Notes: generated from the letters alone by a model not told the origin. Shown: positions 10,003 through 19,363, counted from the stretch's first letter. The stretch: 64,000 nt of DNA from an uncultured Acidobacteriota bacterium (GCA_963814745.1 CAWFEA010000002.1:2094-66093), one strand, 5' to 3'. Numbers and translations are program-made.

Positions 10003-10194
10003 CAGGCTGCTGAAAAACACATGGAAGTGTCATCCTGAGGTCGCGCCGATTTTGCGCGGAGCCCCCGCCAAGCCTGTTGTTGGCTTGTTGGAGCGGGCGA
10101 TCGAAGGATCTGCTTTATATTCAGCGTGCGCAAACAGCAGATCCTTCGCTTCGCTCAGGATGACACCCTCGGAGAAGCGTTTTTCAGCAGCCTG
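10003..10194. repeat. 192-bp nested-palindrome, MITE/REP-like intergenic element
   Basis: Three tiers of inverted repeats are present. Outer: CAGGCTGCTGAAAAAC (10003-10018) / GTTTTTCAGCAGCCTG (10179-10194). Middle: GTGTCATCCTGAG (10027-10039) / CTCAGGATGACAC (10154-10166). Inner: CGAAGGATCTGCT (10102-10114) / AGCAGATCCTTCG (10136-10148). No ORF. Confidence 0.6.
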
Positions 10195-10356
10195 CTAAAG
10201 CAGGACGCCGGCCCAAGGCAGATCACCTTGCCTTGCGGCCGGCACGGAACTTCATCGCGACGCATTCCTTGAAAAACGGGCCTCATCAACCAACAGCCTG
10301 CTGCCGTTACCGCCCGGCAATATTACTGCTTGTTCTTCGGCACCCACTCATTCAGA

Positions 10357-11664
10357 TCAATATTTTTGATAAGACAAAATTGCCGTACAACAAGAAGCGA
10401 ACAGACCTAAACCGACCAAGAACATCAGTCCGCCCATATAGCTGCCGGAAATGCTGATAAAAAAGCCGATCAGCACCGGCGAAAATGCCGAGCCGCCATT
10501 GGCAACGCCATTCATCATACCTGCTCCGGCGCCAATCGCTTTGGCGGGAACGATGCGCTGAATCATTGCCCACGCCGGTGCTATACCGAACCCAACGAAA
10601 GCAATTCCCACGGAGATCAAAATCGCCGCGGTTGTATTATTCGGGGCGTGAGCGCCGAAATATATCCCGGCGGCGGCACCCAGCATGGAAACTATGCACA
10701 CCGGAGCGCGTCGGCCGGTCTTATCGGAAATGTATCCCGATGCCAGCACGCTGAGGATTCCGAGAAAATAGGGCAGCGACGACCACGCGCCCATCGCAGC
10801 CCAGGAAAATCCTCGCGCCACTTTAAGGTAAGAAGGCAACCACGCCATCATTCCCCACCATATCGAGGCCAGGCAGAAATAGTGAAGAGTGACTAACCAG
10901 AACCGGTAATTGAAAACAAAGACCGCTATATTCTGCCAGACCGTTACATGACCAGTCTGAGCTTCAAGCTCTTTTTCGGCCTTTTGTCCCGATTCGATCA
11001 GATCACGCTCCGCCTGATTTACCCTCTTATGCTGAGACGGATAGTCTGTCGTGCAGAACCACAGCAACAGCAGCGGCACCAGTCCAGAAGCGACCAAAAT
11101 GAAGAAACTGGTGCGCCATCCATAAGCATGGATAGCCCAGGTCAAAAAGGGCATGGTAAGAGCCGGTCCAGCCATCAGTCCAACCACCCAAACCGCATTC
11201 GCCTTGCCCCGTTCGTGCGGCGGGAACCAGTTCTTAACGTACTTGCTCTGCATCGGCCAATGCATTCCTTCACCTACCCCAAGGATCAACCTTGCCATCA
11301 GCATGGTAGTAAAGGTTGCGGCAATTCCACCGAGGAACAGCGAGCAGGCCCATAGCAGGATAGATAAAGACATCGCTTTCCGCGGCCCTAAGATATCGCC
11401 TAACGGGCTGAGAAGGATGTTGGAAAACCCATAGGCGATCAAGAACAGTGTCATGAGCAAACCCATTCGTACCGGTTGGCCTTTAATGCCCATGTCGGTG
11501 AGAAACGCGTTGTCCGCCAGAAGAACAGAAACATTCACCCGATCCAGGTAAGCGACCAGTAAGGTAACTAATAAAATCAGGACGAGAACAACCCTCTGTC
11601 TGGTGGGCCTCAATTCCGCGCCATTCGCCGTTCCGAGTACCTCGCTCTGCACCTGACTATGCAT
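10357..11664 (-). CDS. MFS transporter, ACS family (hexuronate/glucarate-like organic anion permease)
   Basis: LVAYLDRVNVSVLLAD signature and 12 predicted TM segments. ATG 11664 has a GGAGG RBS 8 nt upstream. Confidence 0.85.
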   Translation of the reverse strand: MHSQVQSEVLGTANGAELRPTRQRVVLVLILLVTLLVAYLDRVNVSVLLADNAFLTDMGIKGQPVRMGLLMTLFLIAYGFSNILLSPLGDILGPRKAMSLSILLWACSLFLGGIAATFTTMLMARLILGVGEGMHWPMQSKYVKNWFPPHERGKANAVWVVGLMAGPALTMPFLTWAIHAYGWRTSFFILVASGLVPLLLLWFCTTDYPSQHKRVNQAERDLIESGQKAEKELEAQTGHVTVWQNIAVFVFNYRFWLVTLHYFCLASIWWGMMAWLPSYLKVARGFSWAAMGAWSSLPYFLGILSVLASGYISDKTGRRAPVCIVSMLGAAAGIYFGAHAPNNTTAAILISVGIAFVGFGIAPAWAMIQRIVPAKAIGAGAGMMNGVANGGSAFSPVLIGFFISISGSYMGGLMFLVGLGLFASCCTAILSYQKY

Positions 11665-12080
11665 AAATTTCAGCCTCCACTTTCCAAAATTCTGCAACTC
11701 AAACTCTGTTGCCCTGACTCAGAATGTTCCATCTGGACCGGCAGTGCTTTACCCACTTCACGCCCAAAAAAATATTGGTACACCACTAAGTCGATTTCTC
11801 GAACCCGGACTCTTGATTCCTATGTAGCTCAGAGATAGGCGCTGTTGCCCGAGTACCAAGTCACCTTCGAGCCAGCTTGCGGTACGAGATAGATCAGTTT
11901 CAAAGCAGGAGCGCCCGCAAGTTACACCCTGCGGGACACCTCATCGCTCAACTGGCCTGGCTGATCTCTGTCCTGAACCTTTATCCTGGTTGCGGGAGTA
12001 TAGCACACTTCGCGGAGTGTTCTGGCGCCTGAAGTCAGCTAAATTTCCCTGACGACCGCCTTCCGCGTAAGACTTCCGCT

Positions 12081-12521
12081 TCACTCGTCGCTCACCGTGG
12101 AGGTCAGAACGAGTTTGCCATGCTTCACCCCGCGCAGGCTCAGCATGTGATCGGCAAGATGCTTGATTTCACCGCTTCGGCCTTTCATGATTACAACTTC
12201 CAGGCAATTGTGTGCGTCAAGGTGGACGTGCGTGGCCGCCAGGACGTTGTCGTGGTGGTGGTGCTGAGTCTCGGTCAGTTTGTTGGAGAGATTCGGGCGA
12301 TGATGGTCGTAAACCATGGAAAGCGTAGCGACGACCGGCCTGTCGTCGCTCACCTCTTCGGCAATCAAGGACTCCCTAATCAGGTCGCGCAACGCTTCCG
12401 AGCGGCTGCCGTACCCTCGCCGGGCGATAACCTTATCGAAACGCTCCAGTAGCTTCCGTTCAATCGAGACGCCGGTTCGTACCAGTTCCGCCATATTTTT
12501 GCGATCTCCTTCAGCACTCAT
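12081..12521 (-). CDS. nikR: Nickel-responsive transcriptional regulator NikR
   Basis: Ribbon-helix-helix N-terminus (GVSIERKLLERFDKVIARRGYGSRSEALRDLIR) and a C-terminal ACT-like nickel-binding domain with His/Cys ligand positions (TQHHHHDN, HVHLDAHNCLEV). An alternative start at ATG 12494 has a GAAGGAG upstream and may be the true start. Confidence 0.85.
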   Translation of the reverse strand: MSAEGDRKNMAELVRTGVSIERKLLERFDKVIARRGYGSRSEALRDLIRESLIAEEVSDDRPVVATLSMVYDHHRPNLSNKLTETQHHHHDNVLAATHVHLDAHNCLEVVIMKGRSGEIKHLADHMLSLRGVKHGKLVLTSTVSDE

Positions 12522-12625
12522 CCCGGCCAGTTTGCGAAAACCTGCTCAGGTGCTCGGACGCGAGCCTGTCTGCCGAGAGTGTACTTCCCCTGTGACGCCG
12601 GTCACACGAAAGCGTGAGAAAACCA

Positions 12626-12652
12626 GTAGCACGATCTTAATGATCGTGTTAC
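12626..12652. promoter_or_regulatory. Candidate NikR operator 1 (27-bp palindrome)
   Basis: GTAGCACGA-N9-TCGTGTTAC, with half-sites that are reverse complements apart from one mismatch. It lies in the nikR / TonB-receptor divergent intergenic region. Confidence 0.5.
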
Positions 12653-12659
12653 AACGCTG

Positions 12660-12686
12660 GTAGCACGATTCTCATCTTCGTGTTAC
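12660..12686. promoter_or_regulatory. Candidate NikR operator 2 (27-bp palindrome)
   Basis: A second copy with identical half-sites, GTAGCACGA-N9-TCGTGTTAC, 34 bp downstream of the first and 47 bp upstream of the receptor ATG. Confidence 0.5.
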
Positions 12687-12732
12687 GAACGATCCGTTGT
12701 CCGTTGCCGGTCCCTGTCGAGGAAACGTTAGC

Positions 12733-15318
12733 ATGAAAGCCAGATACGCACTACTCGTATTACTGTTCTTATTGCTTCTTGTTCCCAGCCTTCTATTTGC
12801 CCAAGGAATCACTCAGCTATCAGGAACTGTCGTTGACACGTCTGGGGCGGTGATTGCCGGGGCTACGGTGCAGCTTCGAAGCGCGAACGGTACTGTACAA
12901 AAAACGACACAGTCGGACACGAACGGCTCCTTCATTATTTCTGGACTCTCGGCAGGTAATTATCAACTCGTGGTATCTAATCCCAATTTTGAAACCAAAG
13001 AGATCCCTGTCACCATAGGGACCACTAAGGCGCCGGCCCCGCTGCGCATCTCTCTGGCGCTGGGCTCCGTGATCACCACCGTAAGTGTGCAGGGCCGGGC
13101 GGATGACCTCATCGGAATTGCCGATTCCGCCGGCCAGGTAACGGTGGGCGCAACGGAACTCGAAGATCGTCCGATTCTTCGTTCGGGAGAAGTTTTGGAG
13201 ACGCTTCCCGGTCTCATCATCACTCAACACGCCGGCGGCGGCAAGGCCAACCAATATTTTCTTCGCGGCTTCAATCTCGACCACGGCACGGATTTCGCCA
13301 TTTTCCTCGACGGCATGCCGCTTAACCTGCCGTCGCACGCGCACGGCGAGGGCTACTCGGACATGAACGTCGTCATCCCGGAGTTTGTGCAGCGGGTGGA
13401 TGCCGAGAAAGGTCCTTATTACGCTGATGTCGGCGACTATGGCTCGGCGGGAAATGCCCATGTGGTGTTTTTCAAGACGCTGCCCCAGAACTTCTTCGAC
13501 GTCGACGGCGGCATGTATGGCTATGGGCGGGCCGTTTTCGGAGTATCGCAAAAGCTCGGTTCGGGCAATTTGCTGTACGGCGGACAAGCGTATCACGATA
13601 ACGGCCCATGGGTGCATGAGGATAATTATTACAAATTCAACGGCCTTCTAACCTACAGCCAGGGCGACGACGCCAATGGTTTCAGCATCACGGCCCGCGC
13701 TTACGAATCACCTCGATGGAACTCGAGCGATCAGCTCCCCTATACGGCCATACCCGATGTCGGTTTCTTCGGCTCACTGAGCCCGACGGACGGTGGCAGA
13801 TCGCAGCGTTATAGCTTGCAGGGTGAATGGCATCACCAAGGCGCAAATTCCGAGACGAAACTGATGGCCTATGGATTTTATTACGATCTCGATTTATTTT
13901 CCGATTTCACTTACTACCTGATTGACCCCTATAAGGGCGACCAGTTCGAACAGCAGGACAGGCGCTGGGTAGCGGGGTTTGACCTACGCCATACGATTTT
14001 CGGCCAATTCTTCGGCCGCAAGACGGAAACCACGTTCGGCCTGCAGCTCCGCAACGATTGGGTCCACAACGGCCTTTACCGGACGGAAGATCGCGTGCGT
14101 ACGAGCAAAACTTACTATACCGCTGGAATCGACCCTGCCACCGGTCAGCTAGCGGCTTTGCCAGCGGACACGGATGTGAATAAATTTACGGAGACGATAG
14201 GAAGTCCCTGGGTGGAAAATAAAATCCAGTGGGCGAGCAAATTCCGCACGGTCCTGGCCCTGCGCGGCGACGACGGCAAAGGTGTCGTCACCAGCTTTAC
14301 CAACCCCACCACCTTATCCTACAATCCCAATACCAACCAATCGGTCAGCAAGTTCCTGCCCAGTCCCAAAGCAAGTTTTATCTTCGGCCCGTGGGCCAAG
14401 ACTGAGTTCTATGCGCAGGGCGGATTCAGTTACCACACCAACGACGTGCGTGGCGCAACGCAATTGTATGAACCGGTTTCGCCGGACTATCCTTTCTACA
14501 ATACGCCGAACCCCATTAAAATTCCCTTCCTGGTCCAAACCAAAGGCGCGGAAGTCGGCGTGCGCACTACGGCCGTTTCACATCTGCAAAGTACCCTTTC
14601 GGTCTGGTGTCTCCACAGTAATTCCGAACTGCTGCAGGATGGCGACACTGGAGGCACGAGTCCCTCATATGAGTCGAGCAACCGCTGGGGCATAGAAGTT
14701 GGGAACTACTACACGCCACGGGAACATTTGGTTTTTGATGTTGACTTTGCGGACTCCCGCGCCCGTTTTACTCAAAACGACCCATACGATTCAACGTTTT
14801 ACTACTACAACCAATCGACGAGTACTTATCAGCTTTGCCCGCAAAACTCGAATTGCTATGGGGTTGGGCTTGGGCCGACCCCTTATTCGCAAAATCCGGT
14901 CGGCAAGTATGTGCCCGAAGCAGTTCGGTGGGTGGTTTCAGCGGGCGCCACAGTGCATGATTACAAAGGCTTTTCGGCGAGTTTGCGCCTGCGCTACTTT
15001 GGCCCGCGCCCTTTGACGTCCGACGGAATTTACACCTCACCCGCAACGGCGTTGGTCAACCTGGGGGCCAGTTATAAATTTAAAAAGAACTGGCGCCTTT
15101 CGGGCGAAGTTTTGAATTTGCTTAACCGCCGAGATCACGACGTTGACTACGCCTATGTATCGCAAATAACGCCAGCACCACCCGGGCTGTCGCCAATCCA
15201 AGTAGCAGCATTTGTGAATAGTAATGCGGCATTCACAAGAGTTATGCACCCCGTCGAACCGATTCAGGCGCGATTCGGGTTGCATTATACTTTCGGGAAA
15301 GAACCGTTGTCTAATTGA
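12733..15318 (+). CDS. TonB-dependent receptor with N-terminal CarboxypepD_reg-like domain
   Basis: Signal peptide MKARYALLVLLFLLLLVPSLLFAQG. Carboxypeptidase-regulatory-like fold (GTVVDTSGAVIAGATVQLRS...GNYQLVV). Plug region (RSGEVLETLPGLIITQH, FLRGFNLDHGTDF). Long beta-barrel ending in an aromatic-rich ...RFGLHYTF segment. Confidence 0.85.
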   Translation: MKARYALLVLLFLLLLVPSLLFAQGITQLSGTVVDTSGAVIAGATVQLRSANGTVQKTTQSDTNGSFIISGLSAGNYQLVVSNPNFETKEIPVTIGTTKAPAPLRISLALGSVITTVSVQGRADDLIGIADSAGQVTVGATELEDRPILRSGEVLETLPGLIITQHAGGGKANQYFLRGFNLDHGTDFAIFLDGMPLNLPSHAHGEGYSDMNVVIPEFVQRVDAEKGPYYADVGDYGSAGNAHVVFFKTLPQNFFDVDGGMYGYGRAVFGVSQKLGSGNLLYGGQAYHDNGPWVHEDNYYKFNGLLTYSQGDDANGFSITARAYESPRWNSSDQLPYTAIPDVGFFGSLSPTDGGRSQRYSLQGEWHHQGANSETKLMAYGFYYDLDLFSDFTYYLIDPYKGDQFEQQDRRWVAGFDLRHTIFGQFFGRKTETTFGLQLRNDWVHNGLYRTEDRVRTSKTYYTAGIDPATGQLAALPADTDVNKFTETIGSPWVENKIQWASKFRTVLALRGDDGKGVVTSFTNPTTLSYNPNTNQSVSKFLPSPKASFIFGPWAKTEFYAQGGFSYHTNDVRGATQLYEPVSPDYPFYNTPNPIKIPFLVQTKGAEVGVRTTAVSHLQSTLSVWCLHSNSELLQDGDTGGTSPSYESSNRWGIEVGNYYTPREHLVFDVDFADSRARFTQNDPYDSTFYYYNQSTSTYQLCPQNSNCYGVGLGPTPYSQNPVGKYVPEAVRWVVSAGATVHDYKGFSASLRLRYFGPRPLTSDGIYTSPATALVNLGASYKFKKNWRLSGEVLNLLNRRDHDVDYAYVSQITPAPPGLSPIQVAAFVNSNAAFTRVMHPVEPIQARFGLHYTFGKEPLSN

Positions 15319-15569
15319 TTCACTGTTCAACCTGTGCGGAGGGCCGGGGTTCACCTGGCGATTTCGCTAGGACGGCGCCGAAGCGACTTTCGTGAGGATG
15401 TGACTTGGTTTGAAAAGCTCGTCACGAGAAGCGCGCGGATGAACAGATTTGGCGTAACAAAATGGCCTGCCTCGGCGGCTGAAAGAACGGTGTATCCCAT
15501 GACCCCCGGGGATACACTCATATTCAGACCACTTGAGCAGGCCGTTTCCGCGAACCGGCACAAAGCCAA

Positions 15570-16760
15570 TCAGGCTTTCAAATGGCCCTGGATGTACTGT
15601 CTAGCCTTCTGGTCGGTATTTTCGTTCAGCTCCAACACCGAAAACTTAACGTCCTGGGTACGATTGAGCCGAATGTAATTCTGGATCGCCGGATGCTTGT
15701 AGATATCGCCCGGGTTGACGTCAACCAATTCCGGCACTTCATTGGCTTCCAAGTTCCAGACGTATTTCAGGAAGCCCCGGTTGCGCACAGTGCGTTGCCT
15801 CATCACATCCCACATAGTTCCGGGGCCCAGGACTGGAAGGGCAACCTCCTTGGGCGTCATTGTGTCGCGGGTGTACATCAGAAATGCATAGGCGAAAAGC
15901 TCGTGGGCCAGCAGGTTCTCCGAGGCAAAAATCGGGGCCGATGACGGCTCGACAACATGGCCTACGTCGGGTCCGATCAGAGTCTGTACCCGGCGGGCGA
16001 CCGTAGTTATAAGCCGCAACTTCGACTTGATCTCCGGAACCTCGTTGATCTCCTCGTACATCGGGTGGAAATTCACGCCACCCTGGTGAAACATCTTGCG
16101 GCTGTCCTCCCGCAGGAAACCAACCCCGATCTTCATGCCGGAACTGAAGTCCGCCAGCATGTGAGATGACAAACGCGGGGCATAGATAATGTGATCGACC
16201 TCGTTCACGAACGAGGTAACGCGCAGCGGTTCCTTCCAGTGGTGCTCGCCCTTGGGAAGTGTCTGAATGTAAGCATCGTAGCCGCGCTCCTCGAAAAAGA
16301 CCGGGGTGGCGCCGTTGCTCTCAATCACCTCTAGCAGGCCGGCAGTCTTGGCAAACTCCCGCGAGGAGCCTCTGACCTGACCCTTAGCGTTCCAGTAGAC
16401 AAAGCGGCAGCCCGACTGGTCGCCGACAAAGATCTTGCTGGCGCCGTGCTCCTTTAAGACCTTGAGCAGACAATCCAGGCCCCATGGATCGGTCGTCGCC
16501 GGATTGAGGTTACCTGAGTTCAGGGCGAGTTTGACAAGAATCCTGTCATTCTTTTTTAGCCACGCAAAATCGGTGGCATTCTCTATCATCTGCTTGAACG
16601 TGTCGTAAGAGGTATCGCCCTTAGGCAGCCAAGCCACGCTCAACTGTGCGTTCTTGGCAGGCGCCGCCACTTTCTTATCGTCGAAAGCGAAGCTCACTCC
16701 GCCCAGAAGAGCCATGGAAGACATACTGCCAACAGTCCACAAGAAATCCCGACGATCCAT
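15570..16760 (-). CDS. Tat-signal DUF362-like protein
   Basis: N-terminus MDRRDFLWTVGSMSSMALLGGVSFA (RRxFL). The core resembles DUF362 (ILVKLALNSG...TTDPWGLDCLLKVLKEHGA..IFVGDQSG; APRLSSHMLADFSSGMKIGVG parallels the K-T-H...TG..KN block). Confidence 0.65.
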   Translation of the reverse strand: MDRRDFLWTVGSMSSMALLGGVSFAFDDKKVAAPAKNAQLSVAWLPKGDTSYDTFKQMIENATDFAWLKKNDRILVKLALNSGNLNPATTDPWGLDCLLKVLKEHGASKIFVGDQSGCRFVYWNAKGQVRGSSREFAKTAGLLEVIESNGATPVFFEERGYDAYIQTLPKGEHHWKEPLRVTSFVNEVDHIIYAPRLSSHMLADFSSGMKIGVGFLREDSRKMFHQGGVNFHPMYEEINEVPEIKSKLRLITTVARRVQTLIGPDVGHVVEPSSAPIFASENLLAHELFAYAFLMYTRDTMTPKEVALPVLGPGTMWDVMRQRTVRNRGFLKYVWNLEANEVPELVDVNPGDIYKHPAIQNYIRLNRTQDVKFSVLELNENTDQKARQYIQGHLKA

Positions 16761-17042
16761 ATCAATGCCCCTTTCGATCTATCTTTTGCGCGTTTCGCGA
16801 AAACCGGAGTTCGATCTGATTTATCACTTGCAGGCACCCAAGTCAATCAAATTGAGAACACACCTCGCCTGCCTGATAACAGATTTGCATTGGTAACGGC
16901 GATCATCCAACCCAGCACGGCATCGGCTGCCATCGCCGCAGTGCAGCTTTTGCCGTCAGTTAGGTGGATAAATAGGGACTTACAGGCGAGAGTCGTCTGC
17001 GATCAAAATTTCAGGCGTGGGAAATTACCGTCGGAGCAGCCG

Positions 17043-17735
17043 TCAGCTGCGCCGGATCAACTTAACCAGCCCAGCCATACCAGCGCCTACCAGAATGATA
17101 GTCCCCGGTTCCGGTACTGTAGCCGGAGTCGGTGTGCCCCCCCAGATCGGTGGTCGCCAATACTTTCGATCGGGCGTGTTCGCAGCGACGGTCGAGGGCG
17201 GAGCCGGCGGCGAAATCATGGTAGGCGGCACTAACGAGGGCAAAGGAACGTCAAATACAATATCGGGTGGCGGCGGCTCAGGCGGGGTAACGGAACCCGG
17301 CAACGGCGTGGGCTTCTTGACTTCGACGCGGTTGCCGCAGCGCGAGCGCACCAGGTTCTTGCCATCGGTGAGCAATATCTCGCCTTCGGCAATATTCACC
17401 GGATGATCTGTCCAGTAGACCTTGTCTCCCTTCCGGTAAGAGACATAAGCCTGCATCGGCTTGCGAACTCTTTCAGCCCACAGCCTTTCGGTATCGATGC
17501 CTTCGTAATGCTTGCGCGCAACCTGATCGTGGTTGATCGAGTCGGTCAGCTCTTTCCAGTCGTAAACCCCTCCTGGAACAACCGAAAACGGATAAATTTC
17601 CCGGGCAGCCCTGAAGTCGAACTTCGGCGGCGTAACCTCCAGCGTATCGGCATGGTACAAATGCCACAGTTGCACTCCCAGCACAACCGTAACAATCAGT
17701 GCCAGGAACGCAACTAATGTGAACGATTTCCGCAT
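17043..17735 (-). CDS. PEP-CTERM sorting-domain protein (unknown globular domain plus Pro-rich linker)
   Basis: C-terminus ...TVPEPGTIILVGAGMAGLVKLIRRS is the PEP motif, a TM helix and a basic tail. An N-terminal hydrophobic signal/anchor MRKSFTLVAFLALIVTVVLGV is present. Confidence 0.75.
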   Translation of the reverse strand: MRKSFTLVAFLALIVTVVLGVQLWHLYHADTLEVTPPKFDFRAAREIYPFSVVPGGVYDWKELTDSINHDQVARKHYEGIDTERLWAERVRKPMQAYVSYRKGDKVYWTDHPVNIAEGEILLTDGKNLVRSRCGNRVEVKKPTPLPGSVTPPEPPPPDIVFDVPLPSLVPPTMISPPAPPSTVAANTPDRKYWRPPIWGGTPTPATVPEPGTIILVGAGMAGLVKLIRRS

Positions 17736-17909
17736 CTGGACCTCTTCACCTCACTAACAAGCGCCGTTCGATTCCGTAACGACGGCCCTTCGACGCCAAC
17801 CCGAGCACGCCGCGAATTGTACCGCGGAGCACAATTGCCGCGCCACATATTGCTAGGCCGGCCAAAGTCAATCATTCCCAGGCAGACCGATTTGGCGGCA
17901 ACTTCCAAA

Positions 17910-19361
17910 TCAGGACAGTGTCTGTCCCCTGCTCAGCCTACCGGGCTCCGGGTTCGCCGGGTTCATCGTCACCAGCTTCCGAGGCGATACTTTGGCGCGC
18001 AAGATGCCGTACTGCCGCGATTTATAAATCAATGCCTTATAACTGATATTCAGCAAGCTGGCCGCCTGTTTGCGGTTCCAGTTCGTCTGCTCAAGGGCCT
18101 GTGCGATCGCTTCCGCCTCGGCTTCTCCCTTAATCTCGCGAACCATCTTCTTCAGGTCGTTGGCGTTAGCCCCCTGCATGCGAGCCATGGCGATCCGCTC
18201 CGCCGACCCATTTTGGGTAAACAACTCAGCCGCCATCGCTATGTCGTCGCCAAGAACCAGGTACCGCTTGACGAAATTATGCAGTTCGCGGAGATTTCCG
18301 GGCCACGCATGTTGCATGCAAGCACGCAGAAGACCATCCGTGAGCGTACGTTGAGGCAACTTATAGGTGCTGGCCAGCCGCTTCATGTAGTGCCGGAACA
18401 GCAAAGCTATTTCGTCCCGCCTTTCGCGTAGAGGCGGCAGGCAGACATTGAAGGCATTTAACCGGTAATACAGGTCCAGTCGCAGCCTGCCCTGCTTGAT
18501 TGCGTCCTCGATGTCAACGTTGGTCGCGGCCAGAATGCGAATGTTAACGCTAACGCTCGACTTGCTGCCAAGGCGGAAGAACTTCTGTTCCTGCAACACT
18601 TGCAGCAACTTAGCCTGTAGTCTTGGGGGCATCTCGGCGATCTCGTCCAGCAGAATCGTGCCGCGGTCGCCCATTTCAAAATGCCCGGGCTTGCTGTGAG
18701 TAGCGCCGGTAAAAGCTCCCGCTTCATAGCCGAACAATTCGCTTTCCAGCAGCTCCTCAGGGATAGCGGCGCAGTTAACCTTAAGAAACTTCCGCTGCGC
18801 CCGCGATGAAAGCTTGTGCAACAAAAGGGAAGCGATTTCTTTTCCCGTGCCGCTCTCGCCGGTGATGAAAACGGGAACGTCAACTTCCGCAATCCGCCGG
18901 ATCTGGTCATAGACCTTATGCATGGTGGGGCAACCGGCCAGGAAAAAGCTGTCGCCGCCCAGTTCTTCCAGCACCTCGGGGTTCTCCTGCATCGCCTGAG
19001 GAATATCCAGACAGGTCTTCAAGGTCGCCATCAGTTCAGGCTGGGCGATCGGCTTGCAAAGGTAGTCATAGGCGCCCAGCTTCATTGCCTGAACCACATC
19101 GCGGGCTCCCTTCGACCCCGATAACATGATCACCTTCAAGGAAGGCGCAATCTTACGCAGCCGTTCTAAAGTCTCCAGGCCGTCCATGCCAGGCATCACC
19201 AGATCCATAAAGACCACGTCGGGCAGTGGACGGCGGCGCAATTCCTGCAACGCTTCCACGCCGCTCGCCGCAGTCGTTACCTGGTAAAATTCACACTCCA
19301 GCACGGTACGCAAATACCGGAGCATCATCACATCATCATCCACCACTAGTATGCTTGGCAT
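17910..19361 (-). CDS. Sigma-54-dependent response regulator (NtrC family; PrsR-like PEP-CTERM-locus regulator)
   Basis: Receiver domain (ILVVDDD...DLVMPGMDG), AAA+ sigma-54 interaction domain (GESGTGKE, GAFTGA, ESELFGYEAGAFTGA) and a C-terminal Fis-type HTH. ATG 19361. Confidence 0.9.
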   Translation of the reverse strand: MPSILVVDDDVMMLRYLRTVLECEFYQVTTAASGVEALQELRRRPLPDVVFMDLVMPGMDGLETLERLRKIAPSLKVIMLSGSKGARDVVQAMKLGAYDYLCKPIAQPELMATLKTCLDIPQAMQENPEVLEELGGDSFFLAGCPTMHKVYDQIRRIAEVDVPVFITGESGTGKEIASLLLHKLSSRAQRKFLKVNCAAIPEELLESELFGYEAGAFTGATHSKPGHFEMGDRGTILLDEIAEMPPRLQAKLLQVLQEQKFFRLGSKSSVSVNIRILAATNVDIEDAIKQGRLRLDLYYRLNAFNVCLPPLRERRDEIALLFRHYMKRLASTYKLPQRTLTDGLLRACMQHAWPGNLRELHNFVKRYLVLGDDIAMAAELFTQNGSAERIAMARMQGANANDLKKMVREIKGEAEAEAIAQALEQTNWNRKQAASLLNISYKALIYKSRQYGILRAKVSPRKLVTMNPANPEPGRLSRGQTLS

Positions 19362-19363
19362 GG

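Noticed and set aside
11821-11860. tRNA-like D-arm string GTAGCTCAGAGATAGGCGC
   Set aside because: No acceptor stem, anticodon arm or T-arm (GTTCGAATC-type) could be built around it on either strand. It is probably chance or at most a degenerate fragment.
17831-17846. Minus-strand TGGCGC-N5-TTGT element upstream of the 17735 PEP-CTERM gene
   Set aside because: The -12 GC is replaced by GT, so it is not scored as a promoter. It is mentioned only in connection with the overlapping TGT-N10-ACA repeat.
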